A stretch of DNA of 64,000 nt from Picochlorum sp. SENEW3 (GCA_034226945.1 CP120453.1:496001-560000), one strand, 5' to 3'. Positions 11,168 to 22,793 are shown, numbered from the stretch's first letter. Made by a program: numbers and translations. Notes: generated by a model not told the origin, from the letters alone.

Positions 11168-12331
11168 ATGCGACGCAAGGACGATTCTGATGTGGTATCA
11201 CAGATAACAAGTACATTGTCAGGACCATGGAGCGCCAGCAGTGTCGCGGGCATGCTCACAGTGGAGTCGATAGGCAAGCTTGTAGCGTCTGGAAAACAGT
11301 GGGACGCCATGGACCCTTTAGTGAAAGCGAGGCTGCTTATAGCCCCATTATTCATGAGAAAATCAGATTTAGATGCGATTCGTGATGAATTAAGGAAGAT
11401 TCAGGGGATGGCCAAGTTGGATACAAACGAATGGGTGTCCATGCTTGCAATTGCAGTTGACGGATATGATGGTCGCATTCATACCGACAAGGTGCTGCAG
11501 AGTATACCCATAGTTAAGGAAACTCTCGATGAGGTGATTGAATTGGCTGGATCGATCGATCCCATGGCGTATAGGCCAGTGGAGGAGGAATACTTGACAG
11601 ACAGCATCTTGTCAGACATGGGTGCGCCTGTGCGTTGTTCAATCGAACGAGAGGGGGATGATACTGGCCATACGCATTTCAAGGTGAGAGATCCAAAAGA
11701 TGTGGTTGGCACAGAGATGCCAGCGCAGCATTCAAAGCCACCACTGGGGAGCAATGGGTTTGACAGGAAGCGAGATAGAGGTGCTGGGCTGGTTCCCATG
11801 GATTCTAAGAAACTCAAGTCGTCTTCCTTGTTTATCAATCCAAAGTCAAAACCTCTGAGTAGGCAGTTGCAATCAAAGCAGGCGGTGCAACAACACCAAA
11901 AGAAGAAGAAGGCTGCAGTGCTTGACATTACTGCCATACAGCAGGCACGAGCGGTCAACGAGCAGCGTCGGAAAGATTTGGAGACACAAAAGGAGAAGGA
12001 GAAAGAAAGGCAGGCGAAAGAGCGGGTGGACAATGCATTGGCTGAGAAACAGGCAAAGGAAGAGAGAAAAAGAATGATGAAGGAGGCAGAGAAGAAGAAA
12101 AAGGAGATGCAGAAACAAAAGGCAAAGGAGGAGCGAGCCAGGGTAGCAGAAGAAGCAAAGGCTGCGAAAAAGAAGGAGGCGTTAGAGAAGAAGAAGAAAA
12201 AGCCGACGGTGGAGCCAGTGGACCCAAGCGATGTACGAGCTGCTCTGGAAAGAGCAGGGATCAGGGCTGATATTCGTTCAGTACATGAAATTCAAAACCC
12301 TGACCTTCGATCTGACCAAATGCATAAATAA
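11168..12331 (+). CDS. Negative elongation factor A (NELF-A)-like N-terminal domain plus charged coiled-coil tail
   Basis: Colinear match by eye to the NELF-A N-terminus: W.A.SVAGML, VKARLL, IQGMAKLDTNEWVSML, YRPVEEEYLT, THFKVR. Confidence 0.7.
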   Translation: MRRKDDSDVVSQITSTLSGPWSASSVAGMLTVESIGKLVASGKQWDAMDPLVKARLLIAPLFMRKSDLDAIRDELRKIQGMAKLDTNEWVSMLAIAVDGYDGRIHTDKVLQSIPIVKETLDEVIELAGSIDPMAYRPVEEEYLTDSILSDMGAPVRCSIEREGDDTGHTHFKVRDPKDVVGTEMPAQHSKPPLGSNGFDRKRDRGAGLVPMDSKKLKSSSLFINPKSKPLSRQLQSKQAVQQHQKKKKAAVLDITAIQQARAVNEQRRKDLETQKEKEKERQAKERVDNALAEKQAKEERKRMMKEAEKKKKEMQKQKAKEERARVAEEAKAAKKKEALEKKKKKPTVEPVDPSDVRAALERAGIRADIRSVHEIQNPDLRSDQMHK

Positions 12332-12409
12332 ATTAATAAATAATGTACAATTGTGATACGTATTGATGGATGCTTGCTTGAATCTGTGTATCTGCTGTAT
12401 CACTTGAAC

Positions 12410-13915
12410 ATGTCGAGAGCACTGGAGACTGTCCGTCATGCCGCAATACGGGCATTTTATCGCCATGTCGGTCATCGCAGGTGTTTTGGAACATTCGAGA
12501 GAGGAAATTTCAAAGTACTGGATGAGAAGGATGTATCTTATTTCAAACAACTGCTGGGGGCTGGCAGTGTTGTCTACCAAAATGCATTCGATTTGGAGGG
12601 GTATAACAGAGATTGGTTGGGGAAATACCGAGGAAATAGTAGCCTTGTGTTGAAACCAAAGTCTACGGATGAGGTCTCTCATGTTCTAAATTATTGTCAT
12701 GAACACAGCATTGCACTAGCACCTCAAGGTGGGAATACAGGTTTGGTAGGTGGAAGTGTTCCCGTCTTTGACGAGGTTGTCCTGTCCATGTCGAGAATGA
12801 ATACTATTCATGCATTTGATGAGATCTCTGGCGTCGTGGAATGTGATGCGGGATGCGTGTTAGAAGATATTGATCAGTTTTTGCTCCAGAAAGGATATAC
12901 TGTTCCCCTCGACTTGGGTGCCAAAGGGTCTTGTCAAATAGGCGGTAATGTTGCAACGAATGCTGGAGGATTGAGATTTCTACGATATGGTAGCTTGCAT
13001 GGCTCGGTGCTGGGGCTGGAAGTAGTATTACCAAACGGTGAGGTGCTGGACCAGAATACCTCTGTGAGGAAGGACAACACTGGATATGATCTGAAGCAGC
13101 TCTTTATTGGTTCGGAGGGAACGCTTGGTGTTATCACCAAAGTTGCTCTCATGTGTCCTCAAGAGCCGAAATCAATTCACCTGTGTTATTTGGCATGTCC
13201 AACATTTTCCTTGGTGACTGAGGTATTGAAGTTGGCAAAGAAGGAATTGGGTGAGATATTGGCAGCATTTGAATATCTCGACCAGGAGTCTGTAGATATT
13301 GCCGTAGACACGCTGTCTTTACGGAATCCTCTGGGTACAAATGATGAACGAATGTATTATATTGTATTAGAAACGCGTGGCAGTCACCATGGTCATGATG
13401 CAGAAAAGGTGGAACAGTTTCTGGAATTGTGCATGAGCAAAGGGGTTGTGTCTGATGGGACGATTGCGCAGGATGCAACGCAGTCAAAAGCGATATGGGA
13501 ATTGCGAGAGAGTGTGACTGAGGCATTGCGGGTGAAAGGAGCCACATACAAGTACGATGTCTCGGTTCCAATTTATCAGATGGATGACGTGGTGCAGGAG
13601 ACAAGGGAGCGTTTGAGAAACCAGCCTGATTGCTTGGTTGTCGGGTATGGGCATGTCGCTGACAATAATCTCCATCTGAATATATCCGTCCCAAAGTATT
13701 CTGACGCAATTCGTGACATGTTGGAACCATGGATTTATACCAAGGTCACATCATTAGGAGGGAGCATATCTGCCGAGCATGGCATCGGGCAGATGAAATC
13801 TGCTGCATTGGCACGAACAAAGCCAAAAAATGCATTACATCTAATGCGAGATCTCAAGAAAACAATAGATCCTAAGGGAATAATGAATCCGTACAAGATA
13901 TTTACTACGTTATGA
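12410..13915 (+). CDS. D2HGDH: D-2-hydroxyglutarate dehydrogenase, mitochondrial (FAD-linked oxidase)
   Basis: PQGGNTGLVGGSVPVFDE, DLGAKGSCQIGGNVATNAGG, RKDNTGYDLKQLFIGSEG, SISAEHGIG; first ATG at 12410 with an Arg-rich presequence. Confidence 0.95.
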   Translation: MSRALETVRHAAIRAFYRHVGHRRCFGTFERGNFKVLDEKDVSYFKQLLGAGSVVYQNAFDLEGYNRDWLGKYRGNSSLVLKPKSTDEVSHVLNYCHEHSIALAPQGGNTGLVGGSVPVFDEVVLSMSRMNTIHAFDEISGVVECDAGCVLEDIDQFLLQKGYTVPLDLGAKGSCQIGGNVATNAGGLRFLRYGSLHGSVLGLEVVLPNGEVLDQNTSVRKDNTGYDLKQLFIGSEGTLGVITKVALMCPQEPKSIHLCYLACPTFSLVTEVLKLAKKELGEILAAFEYLDQESVDIAVDTLSLRNPLGTNDERMYYIVLETRGSHHGHDAEKVEQFLELCMSKGVVSDGTIAQDATQSKAIWELRESVTEALRVKGATYKYDVSVPIYQMDDVVQETRERLRNQPDCLVVGYGHVADNNLHLNISVPKYSDAIRDMLEPWIYTKVTSLGGSISAEHGIGQMKSAALARTKPKNALHLMRDLKKTIDPKGIMNPYKIFTTL

Positions 13916-13921
13916 ATGCAC

Positions 13922-16369
13922 TCATGTGTGTTGGACAAGTGGTCCGAATATATCTCTGCAATTTGTAAATGTACCCTTTTCTCTCTCCGGCCAATATTCA
14001 CCATTGAACTCGAACGACAACTCCCTTGATGAAATATGCCGCTTTGAAGAGCTTCTCCTCGAAAAGTCGACTTCTTCGAAATTGATAGAAAACCACCTGG
14101 GCTTTAATGGAATGCCTTCATCCGCAGCCTTGCGTGCTGCCCGCTGTTTGTGCTCCAATCTCTGCTTCTCTGCATTAGCCTCCTCCCACATACCACGCTC
14201 TGTGAAAGATTGATCAGGCCGTAATCTACTATCTGTGGGTGCCAATTTCTCTTGCAGCCCTGGGGTAATTTCATTCAATTGAATCGCAAATGAAGTGAGG
14301 TTGTACCTTGTGGGGTTCTCTGGAGGTGGGTTCTTCTTCCACAGCGATTGTCGCTTGTTAGGACCCCATAGTACATGCACTTTACTATCCCAGTGGCCCG
14401 AAAGTTGTGGATATTCTAGTTTTTGCCCACGAGATTCGATAAATCCTTCAACTTGGCGGGGAACTCTGTCAAAAAGCATGCCTGTTTCTTTGAATCGAAT
14501 CTTCATCACCATGTCTGAGTTTGTATTGTGAATCTTCATAATGCCACCATGATCAACATAAATTTTACCCAAAATCAAGTTGTTAATACTGGTCGTCACC
14601 TTGTTCCAAAAGTATTGATCCCCATCATCAAAATCCAACCTGAGAACTCCCTCTGGCTTGAGCTCTATAGATCTCCCCCAGAATTTGCTCTTCACCTCGG
14701 CATCTCCTTGGTATGTCCATCCTCTTCCTTCTGCGTAGGCAGCTATAATGGTTGGGTGATGGCTAACCTTTTCTGATATAAATCGAAATCCTTTCTCGAC
14801 ACTAACCAATTCATACGTCTCCCCCAGCAGTGGATTGAACGGCTTTGATGTCCTTCCAACTGTGGAGGAGTACGGGCTAATTGCAAAAGCTGCCACTCGC
14901 ACAATTCTCTCCAAAGACCCTTTGGGGTACATGTAGGCTTCGTCCAAAAGCTCACTGTATTCCAGATCCTCAGCAGTCTTCTCCAGTGCAGATAGAGGCT
15001 CGTTAAAATACACTGGCAAGCACACCCTCGTCAAGTCCTTCCCCACCATTTCTTTAATCAAAGACCAAAGAGAAACACTCCTCTCTTGCTGCTTTGGAAG
15101 GGGCAGGGCTGCCCTACGCTGAGGAGCCTCTCCCTCTTGAAGCATCCAGGCAGGGGTGGGCAACTCCTTCTTTGCTGCATCAATGCCATGCTCTTTTCCG
15201 CCGTCGTCCCATTTCTCACTCTTTGTTGCAGACTCCATCAACGTGGGCTGCCGCTCAAGACCGTCCTCATTCAAGCTACATACTGCATCAAACTCTGCCA
15301 AATCACCCAAACTTGTGTGCCTGCTATGATAATGCTCATGCGCATCAACAAACGTCTCACACTCGAAAAACTCTTCATCAGATGACATTTGAGGCTCTAA
15401 ATTCCGCGCTGATTCCTCTCGCATATCCATAGTTTCGTCATCCTCCTCTCCATACGATGATTCCTGTGGCGACTCATTCCCTCGAGCTTGTTCAGTCATC
15501 AATCTCCCTTCCACAGCTGCATTCGTTTCCAACTGCCTTTTCTCATTTTCCAACCGATACACAATATCCAACAACGTCTTTCGCTTGGAAAATTCCGAAT
15601 CAGCCAAATCATGATATCTGGTATGCATATCAGTCACCAGTCCCACCACATATGTTATCAAAGACTGCGAGCCTCCCAACTCTTCAAGCTTTTGCCGTAT
15701 ATGTTCCGTCTGAGACTTGAAATAATCCTTGGAATGAACCGTCGAATGCTCATCAATACGAGACATCTGGCGCTTCTCCAAATCCATCTTGGCTTCCTGT
15801 ATCGCATCAATCCACACCCACCTATCATCCTGCGTTTCGCTGCGAAGTTCCAACACACTCGTCCCACTATCAACATAAAATTTGGTCACATCCGCCTTCG
15901 ACTCCCTCACCTGGCACACCTGCACGTGCATCTCTGCCTTTGGCTTCAACCCTTCCCCAGCCACACCATGACCATTCATCCTCTGCTGCTCCTTCTCCAA
16001 CACACCAATCTGAACCCCCACAAGCACAACATCCCCTTGACTCCTTAACCGATCCAATACATCAACCACAGCCACCCTATTCGGCCCATACACTTGATAA
16101 TACTTCAACACCCCTTGTTGCAACACAAACAGCCTGGGCCTCCATCCAGCAGCAAGATTCACATACTTTTGCAATACACCAACAATGATCTGTACACCAA
16201 AATCAGATGCGTATGTATCAGTATTCGACGTATATCCCCATCCTGGCGGATGAGATGAGTTGGCTGGGATGCGACCAATCCTTCTCCAATAATAAAGCGC
16301 ATATCGTACCTTATTCTGCTGCCTAGTATATCCTATAGGACTCAATCTGGTATTCTGAGAGGCATCCAT
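13922..16369 (-). CDS. Oxysterol-binding protein-related protein (PH + ORD); probable intron 16309-16190
   Basis: PH GVLQKYVNLAAGWRPRLF, FFAT-like EEFFECE, DLTRVCLPVYFNEPLS, KPFNPLLGETYE, EKVSHHP, PTDSRLRPDQ. Confidence 0.93.
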   Translation of the reverse strand: MDASQNTRLSPIGYTRQQNKVRYALYYWRRIGRIPANSSHPPGWGYTSNTDTYASDFGVQIIVGVLQKYVNLAAGWRPRLFVLQQGVLKYYQVYGPNRVAVVDVLDRLRSQGDVVLVGVQIGVLEKEQQRMNGHGVAGEGLKPKAEMHVQVCQVRESKADVTKFYVDSGTSVLELRSETQDDRWVWIDAIQEAKMDLEKRQMSRIDEHSTVHSKDYFKSQTEHIRQKLEELGGSQSLITYVVGLVTDMHTRYHDLADSEFSKRKTLLDIVYRLENEKRQLETNAAVEGRLMTEQARGNESPQESSYGEEDDETMDMREESARNLEPQMSSDEEFFECETFVDAHEHYHSRHTSLGDLAEFDAVCSLNEDGLERQPTLMESATKSEKWDDGGKEHGIDAAKKELPTPAWMLQEGEAPQRRAALPLPKQQERSVSLWSLIKEMVGKDLTRVCLPVYFNEPLSALEKTAEDLEYSELLDEAYMYPKGSLERIVRVAAFAISPYSSTVGRTSKPFNPLLGETYELVSVEKGFRFISEKVSHHPTIIAAYAEGRGWTYQGDAEVKSKFWGRSIELKPEGVLRLDFDDGDQYFWNKVTTSINNLILGKIYVDHGGIMKIHNTNSDMVMKIRFKETGMLFDRVPRQVEGFIESRGQKLEYPQLSGHWDSKVHVLWGPNKRQSLWKKNPPPENPTRYNLTSFAIQLNEITPGLQEKLAPTDSRLRPDQSFTERGMWEEANAEKQRLEHKQRAARKAADEGIPLKPRWFSINFEEVDFSRRSSSKRHISSRELSFEFNGEYWPEREKGTFTNCRDIFGPLVQHT

Positions 16370-16744
16370 GGCCTTTTCTTTGACGAGAGACGTGAACAAA
16401 TACCAGGAAAATGACTCGTCGTTCCGAGAGAAACCCAACGACAATGGAGGCCTATTCTGCACTATAATACATAGTATCGAATCAAATATGGCTTACGGGA
16501 TTTGGCTATGAATATAGAGTATTCGGAAGACGTCTCAACCGCCATCAACCTTGACCAAGATCTCCATGAAGAAGAAGAAGAAGAACTCTTCTTCTAACAA
16601 TGTATCAGATTGTTCTTACACGTCTTGATTTGATTCGATTCGATTATATAGTATACCATTCGTTGTCTTCTTCATAGATTTCGTTTCTATGTTCTCACGA
16701 TTGAAGAGGATTGGAAGGATACTTGTGCGGATGCAACACCTTGT

Positions 16745-17039
16745 GTACACCTGAATATCAGGTCATCATAGTCTCATCTCCTTGTCATCAATCGTGCGCG
16801 ACACAAGCTCTGTGGATGTATCCTCAGGCATACAAGGAATGAATTTCTCAGCATAAAAGGTAGATATCGCATGAACATCAACGCCACCAGTGCTCACAGG
16901 GACGTGGTTCACAAAGGCCCCCTGACCCGCTTCCACCATGCATGGTCTTGCCGACATTCTTGAGACTGAATTCGTACTCCTGATGCTTTTCCCACGTCTC
17001 TTCGATATGCTTTCGTGTTCTACTGCTTTTGTTACTCAT
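16745..17039 (-). pseudogene. Frameshifted, truncated SnoaL/NTF2-like domain of the type found in dienelactone-hydrolase-associated proteins
   Basis: Three reading frames join as MSNKSSRTRKHIEETWEKHQEYEFSLKNVGKTM / MVEAGQGAFVNHVPVSTGG...FYAEKFIPCMPEDTSTELVSRTI...RL / DDLIFRCT. Confidence 0.7.
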
Positions 17040-17288
17040 TAGTATTAGTATTGTGGTATCAAAATCTCTGATGACAGCCTGGCATCATGTATGTATGTGA
17101 TGCGACCAATTGGTCCTTGCAAGGATCACGTCAAGAAGAAATCTTGCAAGATTTCCCCTTGCAAGGAGATCTCCGCGGAGATCCTTCTTCTTAATCTTAA
17201 ATAGACATTTAGGTATTATTAATACTCGTGTGTCATGTTGGCTGTATTCGTCTTGATGCGCAATACATATAGAAAAATAATAACAATA

Positions 17289-18452
17289 ATGGAATCCACA
17301 ACGTTGGAGGAAGACTGTCCAGCGAGGCGGCAGGTCACAGAGGTTGTGACCACGCACGCATCGTCTCATGACATGATGACATATAACATTTGGACGCATC
17401 GAGGATATCGAGGAAATACACGGCGGGAGGGTCGAGGTAAAATCATCAAGTCTGATTATAGATGTCATTCGGCTCTGGACTGCGGTTGGACGAGGGGGGA
17501 AAGGGCTGGGAACAGGTTTATATGTTTGTATTTTGCACGAGGCTTGTGCCATCATGGGTCCAGCTGTAATTATGTTCACCGGGTGCCTGATGCTGATTTT
17601 GAGCTATACCATAGGACACAGCCTCAGTATGATATATTTGGGAGGGATAGGTCGTTGGATATTGATGCAAGTACAAAGGGTGCTGGGAGTTTGAACAGAG
17701 ATTGCACAACACTGTACTTGTACTTGGGGGCATTGGCATCTCTTCCTGATGAGACGGTGGAGAAGATGGTTCGTGACGATTTTGAAGAATGGGGTGAGAT
17801 TGAAGAGATTAATATAGTGTCTAAAAAGGCTGTTGGGTTTGTGAGGTATATTCTGCGGTCTGCATCAGAGTTTGCCAAGGCTGCAATGCATCAGCAGCAG
17901 TTGCGAGGGGATACGACGACGGGGACGGTGTTGGATATTCGATGGGCTCATGATGATCCAAATCCTGTGGCTATAGCGCGGGTGAAGGCGAAGCAAGAGA
18001 ATATGTTGGCAGATGCGTACATGGCAGCGATTGAGAGGCTTCCAGCTGAAGAGCGGGCAGCCAAGCTGCAGGAGATTGCTCTGTCGCAAGCGCATACAAA
18101 GGATGCCGTGACGTCTGCGTATCCGAATACATCGCATCAATATGAGATGATTGGCCATTACGATGCACGAACAGGGGAAGAAGAAGGCAACCAGGAGGAT
18201 GCTATAGAAGAAGAAGAAGAAGCATCAGCATCAGAAGAAGAGGATGATATTAACAGGTATTTGTCACCAGACGAGCTAGAAGAGACGGATGCCACACATA
18301 GAATAGCAGCAGCAGCAGTAATAGGTGATGCAAAGAAGAGAAAGGTGGGTGATGGATATGAGAATCATCATGCATCTCCCAAAAGCAATGGACAATCAGA
18401 AGGCCAAGATCTTTTATTGGGTGGTATTTTGGCCAATTATGAGTCCGACTGA
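17289..18452 (+). CDS. CWC2: Pre-mRNA splicing factor Cwc2 (CCCH zinc finger + RRM)
   Basis: PARRQV, YNIW, D.GWTRGE, ICLYFARGLCHHGSSCNYVHRVP, DIFGRDR, RRM, RWAHDDPNP. Confidence 0.9.
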   Translation: MESTTLEEDCPARRQVTEVVTTHASSHDMMTYNIWTHRGYRGNTRREGRGKIIKSDYRCHSALDCGWTRGERAGNRFICLYFARGLCHHGSSCNYVHRVPDADFELYHRTQPQYDIFGRDRSLDIDASTKGAGSLNRDCTTLYLYLGALASLPDETVEKMVRDDFEEWGEIEEINIVSKKAVGFVRYILRSASEFAKAAMHQQQLRGDTTTGTVLDIRWAHDDPNPVAIARVKAKQENMLADAYMAAIERLPAEERAAKLQEIALSQAHTKDAVTSAYPNTSHQYEMIGHYDARTGEEEGNQEDAIEEEEEASASEEEDDINRYLSPDELEETDATHRIAAAAVIGDAKKRKVGDGYENHHASPKSNGQSEGQDLLLGGILANYESD

Positions 18453-18535
18453 CCCAATATTTTGTATTAAAAAATTAGAATGCATGAGACTATGTAATAC
18501 TACGTTGTTGTATGCGGTAGAAGAGTAATCTGAGA

Positions 18536-21500
18536 ATGCCAAAGCTCGATATCCTGTCGTACATACCTCAGCCACCGAAACCTGAACAATTTGATTGCGT
18601 CAAGGTATTTCACGATCGGTTAGTGGCATATCCATGTGGTTCATCGGTTGTGATTAGAGATGTACGTTGAAGGTGTCTGAATTCAAGTTTCATTTCAGTT
18701 CAGTTGTTTTCGAGTCTCATCTGGCGATTGAGCGATGGGAATCAATTGGTTTGGTGCAGATTGAAACATTAGAACAGAAGATTGTTCTTGTGAGCGGTCA
18801 TATTAATTCTAGAGTCACAGCATTGGACTGGTACGGTTGCCTGCCTGTATGGGGGGTATCGACAGGGCAGGAGATGAGTGTGGGGGTTTGTATGCAGGCA
18901 TCCAATTGGTTGTGGACAGGCGGTTTCTGGAAATTTACCATTGTTGTTGGCTTCTGGAGATGCGCTGGGGAGAGTTGTTGTGTGGGATGTTGGTATAGGG
19001 GAGCCTGTGACTGTGCTGGGGGATGCAGGAGCAGCGTGTGGGTTGAAAGAAAAGGTTGGCGTGGCGGGCATAACCTGGGTGACGGCGGGACATATCGTCG
19101 CTGTGTTGTTAGAGCATGGTCATTTGGTCATATGGGATTGCAAGAGTGCGTGTCATCGTCGTTGGAATATAACATTATTGTGTGTGTCATAGCCTTGTGA
19201 TGTCTTGCAGATGGAAATATTGTGTGGCAGAAGGATTTGGGGAGCGATGAATACTGTGATATTCAGACAAATCCTTGCGATGCTCGGCATTTGATTTTAA
19301 ATACGAAAGAGGGAGTATTCAGCTCTCTGTTTTTGAAATCTTTTCATGCTGATCAGGCAGCATTCAAGAGGTTTGAGGCTGAGATATCTCCAGGGGGCTC
19401 TCTGCATTGTTGGATGCCTGGTGCACACGACCTTGTAGTTCTTTTGCTACAAAGAGAGGTGGGTGTTATGTGATGTTTGTCGGGAGAGAGAGTCTCCCGC
19501 TGTGTGTGCATGTTGATTGATTCATTCATCTGGATGGTATGTACATGTTTGTGCAGATGATTTTTTTTGATGTTGACTTTGGACTGTCTCTCGGCTCCAT
19601 TCGACTTCCACGAGCAATGCCCGACTTTGTCAAAATTATCGGAGGGTTTGGGCATGCGACGAGTGGTAAGCATTTCTTCGTGAGAGGATTGGATGTTATT
19701 CTGTGTCATCATGCAGATGGGTCGGTGTCGACATGGAAAAGGAATGGTTCGACGCTGGAGTACGCCATGATAAGCCACTACGATCTGATAGATCGTGTAT
19801 GTACTTCCATTTCCAGCCAAGTGTCTTCTGATGCACCGATTCCGAAAACATTTGAATTCGTGACGGCGATATCAGGACCAAAGCGCCATTGTGATACATG
19901 CATTGATATGAACAAGAGACCATGGTATCCCAGCAATATTTATATCATTGGAATGTCTAGCAGCGGTTCTACATGGAAGTGGGAGCTAAATGCTTCAATA
20001 GAAGCACCGAATGTTGTTTCGATGGATGAAGGAGCATCGAATAGGGCAACATCGGTTGCAGACTTTCGTGGTTTGGGAATGCTTCATGGCAATGTGGAAG
20101 CATCTCCTTTGCTGGCAGTCGGAACAGCGGGAGGACATGTGGAGATATATGATGTGAAAAGTAGAGGAGGGTCTTTTTACTCGTCCTCGCTGGTGAAAAA
20201 GTTTAGGACTGGGATGGCTTCTGCAATACATGGAGTGGCATGGCTTGGAACATCAAGTCGTGTGATCCTGTACTCTGTGATGGAAGAAGGGAACGGGTCT
20301 GATAAAGGCACGGTATTGTATAATAATATCGTGCAGATGATTGATATATCTGACGGAAGGATAGAAACCATAAGGAATACACGTGATGTTGGCAAGATTA
20401 TTGGGTTAAAACCTTCCCCATCAGGGGCATACTTTCTACTTCAATCTTCCGGTATGCCTAGTGAGATTTGGACAGCCTTGATGAAAGGCGGGTCAGCGCG
20501 CGTGAGGGAAATTAATCTCGACTTTCGAGCGGCAGAGTGGGTCCCGAAAGGTTTTGGAGTCTCTGAGAATGCGCAAATGAGGAGAAAGAATCCTGAATTG
20601 GTTCATGTTGATTTTTCATCCAGGAATGATCTCTTTGATGGGTTTGATTCTCTACCAGAAGATATGCTGAGCTTTACTCTATCGGATTCTCGACTAGGTA
20701 TTTTACTCGTGAAAGGCAAAAAGATACAGGACACCAGGCCTGTTGCTCCAAATTGGGCGCCCTTGGTCACAGGGGAATTCCAGGTCACGTGTTGTGCAGC
20801 AGCCGGAGATTATGTGTTTCTTGGGGGAGCTGATGGAACACTCGCCAAATGGAATATTCGGACTGGTGAAACTATAGCAGTGGAGACAGGTTGTGTGAAG
20901 ATCATTAAAATCGATGTGTCAGATGGGTCTGCTGAGGATGGCCTTACATTGGCTCTCCTGTCATCTTCCCGGACTTTTGCAGTCCTCTCCATGGAGCCAG
21001 ATGGCAAGTTCAAGTCATCAAAAATAACATGGGTGAGTGGATACTCAAGGGTTGGATACGTAGATGATATTATATGGAAAAAACTACCACATGATGAAAC
21101 AGGGCTGTATCGGAAGACATTAATGCTCCGTTTGAGGGAAGGCGGTGTGTGCCTCATGGATTTTGCGAAATCATCTACAACCACTGGAACACTGATAACA
21201 GATCCCAGACATATGGAATGTCCGTTGATTCTTCCTGCGTCGATTCGACACCTCCTCTGCGTCCTCATCCAGAGTGGGGCAAAGCATGAGCATTTTGCAA
21301 GGGCACTTGCATCAGAGAGTGATGCAGAGAGCATTGAGGAATCACTTTGGAATATTCTGCCAAGCGCAAGTTTACAACATATATTGGATTTTAAATCGAC
21401 AGAGTTGCATCAAAGAGAAGTTCATCATGATTCCATGCAATCTCCATCAGGACATTCTGCTGATGAGATGCCTCGAGGCAGTTTAGCAGAGCTCCTGAAG

Positions 21501-22793
21501 TCTCGTGCAAACCTGGGTGAAGATTCAAACCCAGGCAGTCCTCTGTACCCAGCAAACACTAGAAATTCGACAGACAAAGCAGCATATGAACTGGGCTATC
21601 GAACGACGGCGGCAGGCAGCATGGGAGAAGTGTCACAAACACTGCACTCCATCAAAGGATCTGTCAAAGACATTGCTGTGGCAGGAAAAGAAAAGGTTCA
21701 AAAATCTTTGGGACAGAGAGAATCCTCGAGCAGTACACCCCCTCATATTCAGCCTTTCATTCACGTTCAGAGTCCTACAAGTGCTACCAAACACACCCCA
21801 GTAGCATTGCAATCTCTTGTGGATGTTCTGAAAGTAGCAGCCCAAATGCAGGCTAGCGCGCCTTTCCCATTGGGGCACCTAGAGAAAGCATTCATGGATT
21901 ACATCGATAATTCCATCGATATCTTCTATGTACAAGCATATCGAATGGCTCTCGCTGCACGTGTCGAATGGAATGCAGAAGAAGAGGAGTTTTGGTTGGA
22001 TCTTCATACACATCTCTCAGATAAAAATGCATCACAGGACACTTCCGAGTCGGTCTACAATCTACTGTGGTCCACAGGAAAACAAAAATCTCTTTTGAAA
22101 GAAATAGCAAGCTGGCATGCAGCCATTCCTCGGGCGAATATAGAAGGATCAGAATCACTTGTTGAGAAGACAGTTGTGGAACAAATTTGCCTTGGGGATG
22201 TAGAGACTGCAGTAAGCATGCTTCTTTCCTCGCCCCCCGATATATCAAAGCGTTTCTATAGAGATGCGCTGTGCTCATTGGGCATGGCATACGCCTGCGC
22301 CACGGAGAAGCTTCAACTTCCTGCTGATGACCTGGCAACATCTCTCTTTGTCCAGGCAGCCCGGGTCATTGCTATGAATGCTGCAACGGCAGGAGATTCC
22401 CTTGTCAGCGTTCCGCTTTTGTATGCCACATCCAAATTTGAAGAAGTCGTAGACGTATTACAACAGAATCAGCTGTGGACCTGCTCCGCAGCTTTATCAG
22501 CCGAGAAACTGTCTGCAGATGCCCTCAAACCCCCACTCAGAGACTTGGCCTACCACATGGCCAGGAAACAGGGGCTCATCTGGCCAGCAATTGGAATACT
22601 CATCGGCACAGATCAATACGATGAGTCACTCACCCTCATGCTTCAATGTCAGATGTATGGTCGTGCCCAAGGTCTTGTCAGTGTCCTTGATGAGTTTGAG
22701 GTGACCATCTCTGAAAAAGTCAGAGATCAGGTCACAGAAGCATTCACCTCTTTCGTGAATACCCAGCTCGATTCCATATACCAAATTTCGTGA
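18536..22793 (+). CDS. WDR11: WD repeat protein 11-like; 5 exons, introns about 18662-18759, 18831-18897, 19146-19210 and 19460-19557
   Basis: Exon 1 LVAYPCGSSVVIRD, VTALDWHP...LLASGDALGRVVVWD, C-terminal VEQICLGDVETAVSMLL...FYRDAL; phase-compatible GT-AG introns. Confidence 0.8.
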
